This document shows positions 21,089 through 31,805 of a stretch of DNA of 64,000 bases, piece by piece; position 1 is the stretch's first letter; each line of letters opens with the position of its first letter. The notes under the pieces were generated by a model that made no database searches, was not told where the DNA came from, and saw nothing but the letters and a program-made list of their open reading frames with translations. The stretch lies in the IMG/VR virus record IMGVR_UViG_3300017757_000001; one strand, 5' to 3'. This stretch comes from a virus. The translations under genes were made by a program, and so were the position numbers.

Positions 21089-22504
21089 TTATCCATTTAC
21101 TACTTTAAATCTCATATCTTCATCAAATACTTGTGTTACTCCTCCAATTACAGTTTTTATTAAAATTGTATAATCTCTTTCAGGTTCTAAACCATTCATG
21201 TATACTGTAAAATAACTACTTTCACTATCAGCACTTATTTTAGTATATGTGCTGTCAAAGTCTATAATCATTTCATTAGTTTCACTATCTTTAATAGCAT
21301 ATAATGATGTATCTTCAGGTAAAAAATAATTTACTCCAAATTGAGATGCTGTTTGAAATACTCTAATTGGATATTGAGGCATAGCGGCTACTCTAAAATC
21401 AACAATACTTTGAGAGTAATATACTTGTTGATTGTTATATATAGACATTAATGCTTGATTATTTTTTAATACAGTATTAGTACTAGACCCTGTTGAAAAA
21501 TAATAATTATCCCATTTCATTTCTAATTGTGGGGGATATATAGTATTTGTATCTATTGAAAAAAATCTAAATGTAGCTTGTGTATTTATATCATTTAAAA
21601 ATTCCTGACTTCCTGATTGTTTTACAATAAAACCTTCATTTTTCTGACCAATAAGTGGATCTTTGTAATAATCTAATTGTTCTACAATTGAAGGTTTAAC
21701 ACTAACATTTAAATCAATAGGATTAGCATAAGTATAATCTTGTTTAAAATTATAAATTGTTCCATTTGAAGTAGCATAATACCATGCTGCTCCTCCTTCT
21801 TGCCCAGATACCCATGATGCTGTTACATAAGGAGAACCTACTGCAAATCCGGATGTCTGCCATTTTGTAGAACCTGAAAATGTATTCCAAGTCCAACTTG
21901 CACCATTTTGAGTTTGAGGAGAATTATAATATTTTCCTGTACCCATATCCCAACTTTGTGATATAGGATATACTTCTAAAGCTGCATCTTGACTTAGTCC
22001 ACTTACTACTGCTGCAAATAATCTAAAATTACTATCAAAATCTAAATTTTTAGTTATTACATTTAATGATACTTGGGATGAACTTACTCCTAAAGCTCCT
22101 GGTTTTATAGTATTTCCACTATCACTATAACTTGATCCTGCTTGGGTAACAAAGATTGATGTAATCGCACCCGTTCCATTTATTATTACTGTAGCTAAAC
22201 CATCTTGACCCTTACCACTTGATTCAATAGGTACATTAGTATATGTTCCTGGTGTACCATCGCTAATATTTGGAGAAAAAGTTATAAAAGAACCTACTAA
22301 TAAGCCTGTTCCTTTTATTATATAATTACTCCAAACATCATTTATTTCCTTATCTGAAAATTTTACAATAGATCTAGCCACTTGTCCCGTACCATCAGCT
22401 ACATAAGTTGAACAGTCTAGTATTTCATCTATACCAGTATTCATACTCTTAGATATAGAATATAATGTTGTGTCTTTTTCGGGAAATAATTTATATATGG
22501 CCAT
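21089..22504 (-). CDS. Virion structural protein (DNRLRE/CBM96-like domain)
   Basis: KDTTLYS...NTGIDEIL, RSIVKF, LEVYPISQSWDMGTG, YPPQLEMKW. Confidence 0.55.
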   Translation of the reverse strand: MAIYKLFPEKDTTLYSISKSMNTGIDEILDCSTYVADGTGQVARSIVKFSDKEINDVWSNYIIKGTGLLVGSFITFSPNISDGTPGTYTNVPIESSGKGQDGLATVIINGTGAITSIFVTQAGSSYSDSGNTIKPGALGVSSSQVSLNVITKNLDFDSNFRLFAAVVSGLSQDAALEVYPISQSWDMGTGKYYNSPQTQNGASWTWNTFSGSTKWQTSGFAVGSPYVTASWVSGQEGGAAWYYATSNGTIYNFKQDYTYANPIDLNVSVKPSIVEQLDYYKDPLIGQKNEGFIVKQSGSQEFLNDINTQATFRFFSIDTNTIYPPQLEMKWDNYYFSTGSSTNTVLKNNQALMSIYNNQQVYYSQSIVDFRVAAMPQYPIRVFQTASQFGVNYFLPEDTSLYAIKDSETNEMIIDFDSTYTKISADSESSYFTVYMNGLEPERDYTILIKTVIGGVTQVFDEDMRFKVVNG

Positions 22505-22515
22505 TTTTTATTTTT

Positions 22516-24378
22516 TTATAATGCTACTACTCTACCTTTTATATCTGATGTAGGATTTTTTAATTCAAAAATCATTGGATCAATAGATGGGTAAATAACT
22601 TCATCTATAGTAGCACTTTCTACATCATAAGCGTATTTACTATATCCTAAATTTTCACCAGTTAAATTATTAACTGTTACATTTTTAACAGTTTGAACTC
22701 CTTCTACCTTATCTAATAAAATATATAAATCTTTCATTATAATAGGTTCATTTATCTGCCATTTATCAATATGGAAATACTCTGATAGAGCATCTATACA
22801 TGCTGTTAGTACTTTATTATTATTATAATTTGGTAAAACAATTATATTAAATAATACTTCTATATTAATAATAAAAGCATTTTTAATTTTAATTGAATCA
22901 TTTATCATTCTATATTGTGAAAGATAAGTCATCAAATTTCTTTTTAAAGCTTTTGATGCTGTTCTTAACTTATTGTTTATATCTTTAGTTAAAACATACA
23001 TATCTAATATTGTTGGTATTTCTCCAGGTTGATATTCTGCTATTTTAACAGGTTGAGTATATGCTTTAGCTATTGAACCTAAATTAGAAGGCATAGACGT
23101 TGCTCTAATTAAATAATCTTGTTCAGTTACTGTTCTTAATTGATTTTGAAAATTACCTACTGCATTTTGTCTTAATTCTTCAATAGTATCTCCATCAGAA
23201 CCCCCATCAGCAGCTAAAGAGTTATTAGTAGCTAATGAATTAAATATTTTATCAGCTAATGCTCCATTTGATAAATTTTTATTTAAAAATACTACATTTG
23301 TATCATCTACTATAGTTAATACATTAGAATTAACATTAGCATCTACTCCACCTCCTGTTAGATACCTTATTGTTAAAGTAGTATCAGTAGGAACTATTCC
23401 GTAAGTATCAGTAAACACAAAATTAAGAGGAGAAAATGCTGTTGTTAGTTTATTTTTTTCAAATGGTAAACCTAAACCTACATTATCTGGATTAGGAACA
23501 ATTTCTTCATCAGTTGTCTTTTGAGTACCTGCTCCAAATTGTAATTCTAAAGAACCAGAATCTAAAAATCTAGTTGCAAATCTTCTTTGAACTTGTTTTA
23601 ATCTTAATAAATAAGGAACTTCAGTATCATCTGAATAATTTGGATCATTAAATGATGTATTTCTAATGGTGTCAAACACACTTTCTTGTGCTAAATTAGG
23701 TACTTCATACCATTCATTTATATCAGAATCATATACATCTAATATTCCTATAATATCAGCAGCATTAATAGTTCTAGTAACAAACTTATCAGGTGTTGTA
23801 AAAGTTAAATTTTGTATATTAATTTTAGCTGATATAGCTTTTCTTGTCTTTTTTAATAAATAATAAGTAGGGGTTTGATTTGCTATTTGATATACTGTTA
23901 CTTCTGTAGGATCCATAGAACTTGAAGAAGAAAAATCAATTACATCTTCTACTAAAAATTGCATACTATCATCTTCATTAGATGTAACTTGTGTATTTTC
24001 AGGAATTAATAAGCAATAATCATAATCTGGTACTACTATACTACCACTTAATTTTGCTGGTACTTGTTGGTAAAAATCAATATCAACATGAGCTGCTGTT
24101 GTAACTTTAGGAACATACCCCAACATATAAGATATATGAAACAAATTTTCTTGTTGTCTGGCATATTGTATAAATGTTTCTTGGATTTGATTATCCATAT
24201 AGAAAGATAAAACATCTCCTACATAAGAAGCCATTTCCATAAATAACATACCTGTTGAAGTATCTGTAAAATCATTATAAGTATCAGGAAAGTATGTTTT
24301 TGAATATTGGATTAAAGAACTTCTAAAAGTTCCAAAATCTCTATTTAGATATCTTATATCTCTATTTATATTAGCCAT
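22516..24378 (-). CDS. Baseplate wedge subunit (T4 gp6 / baseplate J-like)
   Basis: YLNRDF...SYVGDVLSFY, LQFGAG, YLTGGG..AN, QLRTVTEQDY. Confidence 0.85.
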   Translation of the reverse strand: MANINRDIRYLNRDFGTFRSSLIQYSKTYFPDTYNDFTDTSTGMLFMEMASYVGDVLSFYMDNQIQETFIQYARQQENLFHISYMLGYVPKVTTAAHVDIDFYQQVPAKLSGSIVVPDYDYCLLIPENTQVTSNEDDSMQFLVEDVIDFSSSSSMDPTEVTVYQIANQTPTYYLLKKTRKAISAKINIQNLTFTTPDKFVTRTINAADIIGILDVYDSDINEWYEVPNLAQESVFDTIRNTSFNDPNYSDDTEVPYLLRLKQVQRRFATRFLDSGSLELQFGAGTQKTTDEEIVPNPDNVGLGLPFEKNKLTTAFSPLNFVFTDTYGIVPTDTTLTIRYLTGGGVDANVNSNVLTIVDDTNVVFLNKNLSNGALADKIFNSLATNNSLAADGGSDGDTIEELRQNAVGNFQNQLRTVTEQDYLIRATSMPSNLGSIAKAYTQPVKIAEYQPGEIPTILDMYVLTKDINNKLRTASKALKRNLMTYLSQYRMINDSIKIKNAFIINIEVLFNIIVLPNYNNNKVLTACIDALSEYFHIDKWQINEPIIMKDLYILLDKVEGVQTVKNVTVNNLTGENLGYSKYAYDVESATIDEVIYPSIDPMIFELKNPTSDIKGRVVAL

Positions 24379-24794
24379 TATTGTAATGATATATTTAACT
24401 CATCTTCTATTCCAAAATTTTGTATTTGATATATTAAGTTAAACTGAATTACATTTCTATCAGTTTGACCATTTTCTTTATCAAATTTTATTTCTTTTAC
24501 TTGAACAGTTGGAAAGTATGTGTTAATACCTTCTTGAATTATTGTTATTAATTGATCTTCAGTTATTTCATCTATTTGTTGAAAAAATAATGTTCTTAGA
24601 TTTCCACCAAAGTTAGGATTAAAAACTCGCTCACCTTTATTAGTTAAAATAAAGTTTAATAGATTTGCTTGAATTTGCTTCCTAGTTGTGTAAGTTGGTA
24701 CAAACACAGCATTCCCATCTAAAGGAAAACCAAAACCAATGGCTTTTCTTTTTTGAGAGTCTAAAGGATATCTATTATTAATTATTTGAGCCAT
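24378..24794 (-). CDS. Baseplate wedge gp25/GpW-like protein
   Basis: QIQANLLNFILTNKGERVFNPNFGGNL. Confidence 0.9.
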   Translation of the reverse strand: MAQIINNRYPLDSQKRKAIGFGFPLDGNAVFVPTYTTRKQIQANLLNFILTNKGERVFNPNFGGNLRTLFFQQIDEITEDQLITIIQEGINTYFPTVQVKEIKFDKENGQTDRNVIQFNLIYQIQNFGIEDELNISLQ

Positions 24795-25156
24795 TATTTT
24801 TTATTCATTAATCCCATTATTTGATTCATGTCAACTTCACCTGCAGGTAATTGACCATTTGCTGTATCCATTGCTGGGTTTGGTCTAAAAGATTGTGCTT
24901 GTGAAGAATTAAATGCTCCACCTTGAGATGTTTCTCCTAAAATATTTTTATATGCTAATCTTTTTTCTGCTTCTGTCATTTGTGGTTGTGAAACATTTGG
25001 AGATGATATATTTTCTTCTATCTTTACATTTTGTGATGGAGAAGATGTAATTATATTAGGAGATTTAACAGCCTCCAGTAAAATATCCTTTAATTCTTCT
25101 TGAATTGCTTCTTTTACTGATTCTTTAATTAATTTTTTTAATGCTGATGTCTTCAT
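24794..25156 (-). CDS. Hypothetical, possible head-internal protein
   Basis: LKKLIKESVKEAIQEE N-terminus; ATATTTATA motif upstream. Confidence 0.55.
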   Translation of the reverse strand: MKTSALKKLIKESVKEAIQEELKDILLEAVKSPNIITSSPSQNVKIEENISSPNVSQPQMTEAEKRLAYKNILGETSQGGAFNSSQAQSFRPNPAMDTANGQLPAGEVDMNQIMGLMNKK

Positions 25157-25190
25157 TTTATTTATAAATATTAAATTATTTAACTTTTTA

Positions 25191-26867
25191 TTAACTTGTA
25201 GTCATTTCTCTTGATACAAAATTCCACTTATAATAAAAATTATTCCAATTATAAGTATCTTGTACAGGAAGTCCATTTTCATTTACTGTATTGTTTACTT
25301 TTGATTCAGATATAGATCCTGTTGTATTAAAAGGTTCTAAATTAGGAGTATAAATATCCCAACTCTGACTTGGTGGATTCCATTGATAATAATATGGTGT
25401 GTTTATGGATGATGTAGGAGATAATTTGTTAGAAGCATAGTTTATTCTAACTTGTTTTAAATTATCTATACCTGTTGTACCAAATGGAGAATACTGCATT
25501 AATTCTTCTGTATCCAACATAATAGGATCAATTTGAACTTCTGCTCGTGATTCTAAAGAAGCACTTATATCTGATGTTATTAAAAATTCTCCTGTTCTTT
25601 TTTCTATTAATGAAAAATCTTTTGGATAACCATAATAAGATCTATGACCTTTCCATTCTGCTCCTGTTATTGCTCTAGTATCTCCATTAACTTTAGTATA
25701 ATAAACAGTACCACCATCAAATGATGTATCTTCATACATCCAATATTGTCCTTGTAATGTTCCTCTACTACCAGCTGCTGTAGTAATTGAAGATGAAGCT
25801 GCCAATTCAGTATCTACTGTAACAGCTCTAGCTGCAGGAAGTAAATCTATTACAAAAAATAATTCTTCAACTAATACTTTAGTAGAAGAAGAATAAGAAT
25901 ATCCTCCACTTATGTTATATACAGTTTGTTCAAAATTATTTTTTAAACCTTGACCAGATATCACAATACTTTCTTCATTTCTTACTCCTTTTGTTCTTCT
26001 TGAAGGAAATGAAAATTCATTTTCTGGGTCACTTTCTATAGTTATTTTAAACCCTTTATAATATAGGGGATTATCAGAATTAGGATTTAATCTATCTAAT
26101 AAATCAGCATCTTCTATTTGGTTAATACTAATATCATTAAAATCTCCTACTTCAGTTAATGCAAAATTAATATCACTAAAATATTTATCTTTTACATTTG
26201 ATTCTGTTGTTTCTTCCCACCATTCAAACCCAGATGTAGATGGATTATGGTTTAAATTTCCACCCCCACCTTCAGATCCTGATCCTGCTAAAGACCCATA
26301 ATATAAACCTTCATATGTAACATTATCTCCAAAAGAATAATCTACAATATCAGACCATTCTTGACTATCTTCTAAAAACTGTTCATTAATACACATAGTA
26401 AATAATCCATCTACTTCTGATAGTCTTGATAATACATTTTTAACTTGGTCATTAATAATTTTTACAGATTCAGGTATTACTCCTACTATTCCTTTTCCTT
26501 TTTTTATTAATTCCCCAAGCATATCTAATGAATCAGCAAATATTGTAATTATATTAACTGGAATACCTACACCAGGAGGAACTGATGTTGGTAAGGGGAT
26601 TGCTTTAATTACTTTTACAGCTGCACTTAAACCTTTTAATAATTTACTTGTTGAAGTACCTACTTTTTCTAATGTAGTTAATGTTGCTGATAGTGCTTGT
26701 AACCCATTACTAATTTGATTTTTCTTTTGGATTAAAGCTAATAATTCAGGTTTAGGAGGGCATGCCTCTTCAAATTTTGCAATAAGGTCATCAATAGCTA
26801 CATCAAACTTAGTTGTTGCTTTTGCGGAACGTAGTACTGAACTTAATATAATTTTGTCTAAACCCAT
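25191..26867 (-). CDS. Hypothetical virion-associated protein
   Basis: Helical N-terminus with PPGVGIP; YSYSSSTKVLVEEL; coupled to spike gene. Confidence 0.55.
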   Translation of the reverse strand: MGLDKIILSSVLRSAKATTKFDVAIDDLIAKFEEACPPKPELLALIQKKNQISNGLQALSATLTTLEKVGTSTSKLLKGLSAAVKVIKAIPLPTSVPPGVGIPVNIITIFADSLDMLGELIKKGKGIVGVIPESVKIINDQVKNVLSRLSEVDGLFTMCINEQFLEDSQEWSDIVDYSFGDNVTYEGLYYGSLAGSGSEGGGGNLNHNPSTSGFEWWEETTESNVKDKYFSDINFALTEVGDFNDISINQIEDADLLDRLNPNSDNPLYYKGFKITIESDPENEFSFPSRRTKGVRNEESIVISGQGLKNNFEQTVYNISGGYSYSSSTKVLVEELFFVIDLLPAARAVTVDTELAASSSITTAAGSRGTLQGQYWMYEDTSFDGGTVYYTKVNGDTRAITGAEWKGHRSYYGYPKDFSLIEKRTGEFLITSDISASLESRAEVQIDPIMLDTEELMQYSPFGTTGIDNLKQVRINYASNKLSPTSSINTPYYYQWNPPSQSWDIYTPNLEPFNTTGSISESKVNNTVNENGLPVQDTYNWNNFYYKWNFVSREMTTS

Positions 26868-28099
26868 TATTTATCTACAATTGCTGTTTTTGATTTATAT
26901 CTTTCTATTTTATTTAACATAGTATTAGCTGCTGATTGTAATTGTACAGCAGCTGCAGGAACAGCTGGATTTGGAACCCCCGGTGCAGGTGTTCCTATTG
27001 GTGTTTGTAATGCTAAACTTGTTGTTATTATTTTTGCTACTAATTTTTGGAAATCTCTTAAAAATTCTTTTCCTAAAATTACTGGTTCTTTACCATTTTT
27101 ATCTCCTAACATAATTTTATCAGAGGATATTATTGTTTCTTTAGTATCAATATTAATACTATTTATCGAATTTAAATTTATTGATTCTTTTGAACTAAAT
27201 AAAATAGAATCTGTTTTTGAATTAAATAATAATCTTCCTGAATTTAAAATTATTTGATTACCATTATATACATTTGTTCCTATAGGTTGAGTACTATATG
27301 AATCATAATCTTTACTTGCTACTTCTATAGGTAAATCTTGTGTTGAAGTTAAATATATACTTGATTTATCTTCATTTATATTTTCTAATATAGGAATCCA
27401 TGGATCTTGATCTTCTTCAGTTTGTCCATTTCTTATTATAGTAAGAGGATCACCATTTTCCCCTGAATCAGACCATGGGTTTGGTATATTTGCTTCTTTT
27501 ACAGTTGAACCAAATCTTATACTTTGACCCCATCTTCCCTCATGAAATATATCTCCCTCATAAGGTTGTAAATTTCTAATATCTAAACGTTCTTCAAATG
27601 TATCCCCTAAATCTATTTCAGTTCCTCCATCTGTTACTCTTCTAACAGCTCCAGCTTCAGTTTGTTGATAATCAGATTGTTGAGCTGCTGGTAATTCTTC
27701 ACCATTAATTGGATCTGGTATTGCATTGTGGTGGGTACTTCCCCAAATATTAATAGGTTGAAAATAATAATAACTTGTAGAACTTACATTTGATTGAACA
27801 TTAGAACTAGGTAAAGCTATAATATATACTACTTCATTTTCTAATGGAAAATTTTTGTTACTAGGAAATAATGGTCTTGCAAAGTTATCAGTTGAAAAAT
27901 TTCCAGGATTAGGCGCTCCTAGTCGTGTATAAAATATACATCCTATAGATGCCCACTCACCAAAATCTTTAAAAACTTGTGGTTCAGTTTTATCATCTAA
28001 AACACAATATCTTACCCTACCAGCAAATACTCCTTTACCTGAGGATTTTTGGTTTGATTTTGAATTTGCTGAACTTAAACCTGTAGCTCTTCTAGCCAT
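26867..28099 (-). CDS. Baseplate hub/spike protein (gp5/VgrG-like)
   Basis: OB-fold-like FPLENEVV, GDIFHEGRWGQSIRFGS, beta-helix region QIILNSGRL, LG...EPVILG. Confidence 0.7.
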   Translation of the reverse strand: MARRATGLSSANSKSNQKSSGKGVFAGRVRYCVLDDKTEPQVFKDFGEWASIGCIFYTRLGAPNPGNFSTDNFARPLFPSNKNFPLENEVVYIIALPSSNVQSNVSSTSYYYFQPINIWGSTHHNAIPDPINGEELPAAQQSDYQQTEAGAVRRVTDGGTEIDLGDTFEERLDIRNLQPYEGDIFHEGRWGQSIRFGSTVKEANIPNPWSDSGENGDPLTIIRNGQTEEDQDPWIPILENINEDKSSIYLTSTQDLPIEVASKDYDSYSTQPIGTNVYNGNQIILNSGRLLFNSKTDSILFSSKESINLNSINSINIDTKETIISSDKIMLGDKNGKEPVILGKEFLRDFQKLVAKIITTSLALQTPIGTPAPGVPNPAVPAAAVQLQSAANTMLNKIERYKSKTAIVDK

Positions 28100-28440
28100 T
28101 ACTCTTCTTTATTATTTTGTAATTTTTCCATTTCTTCAAGAAGTTGATTTTTTTCTTCATCACTAATTCCAAACCCACCATCTTCATCTACATTTTGAAG
28201 AGCACGTTGAACTATTGTTGCCATTTTAATAAGTTGTTCATCATTTTTGACACCAATTTCCATATACTCCTTAATAAGAGGTACAATAAGTGTTGCATCT
28301 CCTATTTCTTGAACTAATGGTTTTAATTCTGAAATTAAAGTAGTAACTTGGTTTTGTTTTGTTTTTTGATTAGTGTAGATTTCTTCAAGTATATCCGAAA
28401 ATTTTTTCTTACCAAAAACTATTGAATCTAATTGTCCCAT
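28099..28440 (-). CDS. Phage hypothetical protein
   Basis: Intact ORF, ATATTTATA motif upstream. Confidence 0.55.
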   Translation of the reverse strand: MGQLDSIVFGKKKFSDILEEIYTNQKTKQNQVTTLISELKPLVQEIGDATLIVPLIKEYMEIGVKNDEQLIKMATIVQRALQNVDEDGGFGISDEEKNQLLEEMEKLQNNKEE

Positions 28441-28479
28441 ATTTTATTTATAAATATACATAAATAAAAAGACTAGGAT

Positions 28480-29295
28480 TTACTTTTTAGGAAAATAACC
28501 ATATTCTAAATAAAACATATATTTTTCTTTAAAAATACCATGTAATACATTAGCTATTTTTGTAATTTTAGGAGTTTTTACATCAACCATTTCACGAATG
28601 TAAATATATAATGCTTTTTTATTAAAAACATCTATATTTTGTCTTTTTCTAAATAATTCTAAGATACAATCTGCTATTTTAGCATCATATTCTTTAGGAA
28701 ATAATTCAAATATATTATCTGTTACATATTCAACATATTCATCTATAAATATTGATAATTTATCTTCATATTTATAACCTTGCATTGCTAAATCATCACC
28801 CTCAAATTCCTCAGCTTTAAATTTATTAATTCCTTCTTCCATTTTAGAAGATCTAATAAAATTAGGATCATCTGAATCTTGGTTTCCATAATTATTAATA
28901 TCTGTTACTTGAACATTATTAATTTTTTTAGTATAATTTTTTTGATTATAAACTATTAACCATCTTTTTACTATGGTACCAAAATAAGAATAAGCTTTAG
29001 CTCCATTTTCTGGGTTAAATAGATGAATTTTTGATAAAAGAAATACCATAATTTCATGTTGTAAATCTTCTAAATTTTCAACTCCATCTGTATAATAAAA
29101 TTTAAATGTATGAATTATATTTTGAGTCAATTTATAAAAGGCATAATGGACTTCTTTTTGGTATATATCACTACGTTGCTCAGCCTCTAATTTTGGATCA
29201 AGGTTATTATATCTAACAATAGCTGCCTCAGTATCTTTTGTAAAATAGTTTCTTTTTTGCCTTTTTTTCTTGGCATTTCTAATAACCGAATCCAT
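28480..29295 (-). CDS. Phage RNA polymerase sigma factor (gp55-like)
   Basis: NYFT, EDLQHE, FNPENGAKAYSYFGTIVKRWL sigma region 2-like motif. Confidence 0.7.
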   Translation of the reverse strand: MDSVIRNAKKKRQKRNYFTKDTEAAIVRYNNLDPKLEAEQRSDIYQKEVHYAFYKLTQNIIHTFKFYYTDGVENLEDLQHEIMVFLLSKIHLFNPENGAKAYSYFGTIVKRWLIVYNQKNYTKKINNVQVTDINNYGNQDSDDPNFIRSSKMEEGINKFKAEEFEGDDLAMQGYKYEDKLSIFIDEYVEYVTDNIFELFPKEYDAKIADCILELFRKRQNIDVFNKKALYIYIREMVDVKTPKITKIANVLHGIFKEKYMFYLEYGYFPKK

Positions 29296-29573
29296 TATTT
29301 TATATTTTTAATATTAAACTCATTTAATATATCTTGTATGTTTTTAATGGTTTTAAAGAAATGTCCTACCTCATCATCCCCCTCAAAAGAACCTTTAATG
29401 TCTACTTTTTTAATTTTTTCATTTGAAATTTCTATTATTCTTGATATTCTATCTAAATATTGGAGATATCCTACTACAATATCTTCTTGTCTTTCATTTT
29501 TTCTTAATAGATTAATAGTCGTAAATCCTAAGACTACGACTATTATTGATAGTATTATTATTGTAATTATCAT
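29295..29573 (-). CDS. Small membrane-anchored protein
   Basis: N-terminal TM helix; FEGDDEVGHFF. Confidence 0.55.
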   Translation of the reverse strand: MIITIIILSIIVVVLGFTTINLLRKNERQEDIVVGYLQYLDRISRIIEISNEKIKKVDIKGSFEGDDEVGHFFKTIKNIQDILNEFNIKNIK

Positions 29574-30361
29574 AAATTATCTAACATATTTTTTAATCCT
29601 TGACTTTTAATATTTCCTAAAGCTTTAGATTTTGTTGAAGTACTTTTATTAGTACTTTTTGAATTTGACCCCAATGTAAAATTCTTTTTACTGGTATCCA
29701 AGTTATCTTTAGAAAACTTAGGTAACCATTCTTTTTCAAATTCAATTCTAGCTGCCATCATATCAGCTTGATGTAATATAAATGTTAATGATGTTCTTGG
29801 TTTTTGTTCAGGCATCCATCCTTTTAAATATTTATCATTTGCTGAATCATATAATCCATCATGAGTTTGAATTGCTACCATTTCATTAAAAGTATATTTA
29901 ATATCATATTGCTGTAATAACCACAATCCTCTATCAGGAACAGATGCAAAAGGAACTTTATTATTAAACATATAATCTTCTCCTAACTTATCTCTTCTCC
30001 ATTTATCTGTCTGGGGAATATATGAGTCTTGTTCTTCATCTCCCATTTTACCTAAATCATGGTTAATTGCTGAAAATACTAATTCTTCTTTTGTAAATGT
30101 AGACATATCACATCCTTCAGATTTCCAAAGATCAGATTGTTTAAGAGCACAACGAACTACTCTATTAACATGATCAATGTATCCTCCTGGAAATGCATTA
30201 TGATACTCTTTTTTATGAGCAGCAGGCATTAATATAAGACGATCTTCAAATTTTTTATAAAATGTAAGTAATTTTTCTTTTCTATCCCCTGAGATGTGTT
30301 CTTCAATGTTAGTTAAGAACATTTCCCAATTTGCTTGGATTATATCTGCGGTTAATTTCAT
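29570..30361 (-). CDS. HD-domain phosphohydrolase
   Basis: YHNAFPGGYIDH, HDLGK, HDG, LHQAD. Confidence 0.85.
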   Translation of the reverse strand: MKLTADIIQANWEMFLTNIEEHISGDRKEKLLTFYKKFEDRLILMPAAHKKEYHNAFPGGYIDHVNRVVRCALKQSDLWKSEGCDMSTFTKEELVFSAINHDLGKMGDEEQDSYIPQTDKWRRDKLGEDYMFNNKVPFASVPDRGLWLLQQYDIKYTFNEMVAIQTHDGLYDSANDKYLKGWMPEQKPRTSLTFILHQADMMAARIEFEKEWLPKFSKDNLDTSKKNFTLGSNSKSTNKSTSTKSKALGNIKSQGLKNMLDNL

Positions 30362-30379
30362 AACTTTTATTTTAAATTT

Positions 30380-30574
30380 TTAAACGTGTCTAAACACTTC
30401 ATCATCTTTTTCTAACATATTTTTGATGTATGCTAATGTTTCTTCTGCGTTTTTTATTCCATCCTGGAATTGTTGTGCTGTTCCTTGTCCTTTTGTAAGA
30501 AAAGTTAGTTGTTTAAGTTGACCTTCTAATTTTCGAACTTTTTGGTCAAGTAACTGTTTATTGCGTATTGCCAT
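30380..30574 (-). CDS. Hypothetical protein
   Basis: ORF track; promoter motif at 30675-30704. Confidence 0.5.
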   Translation of the reverse strand: MAIRNKQLLDQKVRKLEGQLKQLTFLTKGQGTAQQFQDGIKNAEETLAYIKNMLEKDDEVFRHV

Positions 30575-30710
30575 TGTGTGTTATTTAATTAATATTAATG
30601 TTATTTCCCCTTATCCCCTTATATCTTAATCCCTTATTCCTCATTTCTCTTTATTTCCTTAACCCTGTATTTCCAAGATACCAAAGAAAAATGGTGTAAC
30701 CAAATTAAGT

Positions 30711-31169
30711 TTAAAATTTTTTTGAGATTTCTAGAATTTTATTGAGTTGAGCACATTTTTCATACTCTTCAGTTTCAATAAAGAATGAAATACCTAATTC
30801 TAGAGAGGTTTGAAGATATTCATCAGTATAATATTGTATAGCATCAATATGTTCATCGATATTTATATCAATATTTTTTATATATGACCATGCTTTATTG
30901 TATGTAATGTGTTCACCAGCTTCTTTCACATCTTGTATGTCAAATTCACCGTTCATTTTACTAAACATTTGTAGTACTTTCTTATTAAAATTAATATGAT
31001 TTAATACTAATTTTTTATACATTCCTATAAAGTAAACAGGTGAGTCTTTTATATCTAATAAAGCAGCATTATCGTATTGTGATACATCACTATCATCATG
31101 GTTAGATGGAAAAAGTGGAAATATGTTTTCTATATTTATCATACATTTATACATATCCCCAACTTCCAT
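30711..31169 (-). CDS. Hypothetical protein with C-terminal UVR-like motif
   Basis: FIETEEYEKCAQL. Confidence 0.55.
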   Translation of the reverse strand: MEVGDMYKCMINIENIFPLFPSNHDDSDVSQYDNAALLDIKDSPVYFIGMYKKLVLNHINFNKKVLQMFSKMNGEFDIQDVKEAGEHITYNKAWSYIKNIDINIDEHIDAIQYYTDEYLQTSLELGISFFIETEEYEKCAQLNKILEISKKF

Positions 31170-31182
31170 ATTTTAACCTTTT

Positions 31183-31374
31183 TTAATGTTTTTTATCTTT
31201 ATTGTATTGTTTAATTACTTTTTCATATGCATAAGACCATTTATCTCTAACTTCTTTATATTTATGTTTGTCTTGACTTCTCATTTTTTTTAATTGAGCA
31301 TCAAATTCATTTTTTAACCCTTTAGATTCAATAGATTCTGTGATTTCATAAAAAAGATCTTCATACATTCCCAT
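31183..31374 (-). CDS. Hypothetical protein
   Basis: ORF track, TGATG coupling. Confidence 0.5.
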   Translation of the reverse strand: MGMYEDLFYEITESIESKGLKNEFDAQLKKMRSQDKHKYKEVRDKWSYAYEKVIKQYNKDKKH

Positions 31375-31751
31375 CAGTAAATATTTTTAGTGGTGCTACT
31401 TTGTTCTGCTTTTTTTATTAATTCTAACATAGTTTTAAATTCTGTTGAATTTCTCCAACTATTTAAATACTTTTTAGTTGATTCTTCAACATTTAAATCA
31501 CCAGATGTAATTTTATTTGATAAATTAATTTGAGATTCACTTATTTCTGTTTTTAAATTATAAAGCTTTTTATTATAATTATGTTCAAATTTATCAAACT
31601 TTTGATTTACTTTATTGTGATCTAATTTATTGGCATTTTTTAATAATTCAACATTATATTCTAAATTATTAATAGTTTTAATATTTTTTCTAATAATATT
31701 TCCTAATAGAGCTATTATTAATAATGATGCAGATGATAAGATTATTCCCAT
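31374..31751 (-). CDS. Membrane-anchored coiled-coil protein
   Basis: N-terminal hydrophobic helix; promoter motif at 31770-31799. Confidence 0.5.
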   Translation of the reverse strand: MGIILSSASLLIIALLGNIIRKNIKTINNLEYNVELLKNANKLDHNKVNQKFDKFEHNYNKKLYNLKTEISESQINLSNKITSGDLNVEESTKKYLNSWRNSTEFKTMLELIKKAEQSSTTKNIY

Positions 31752-31805
31752 AGTTAGTGTTTTATTTGTAATGTATAAAATAAATATGGGTAATCCAAGT
31801 TATGT

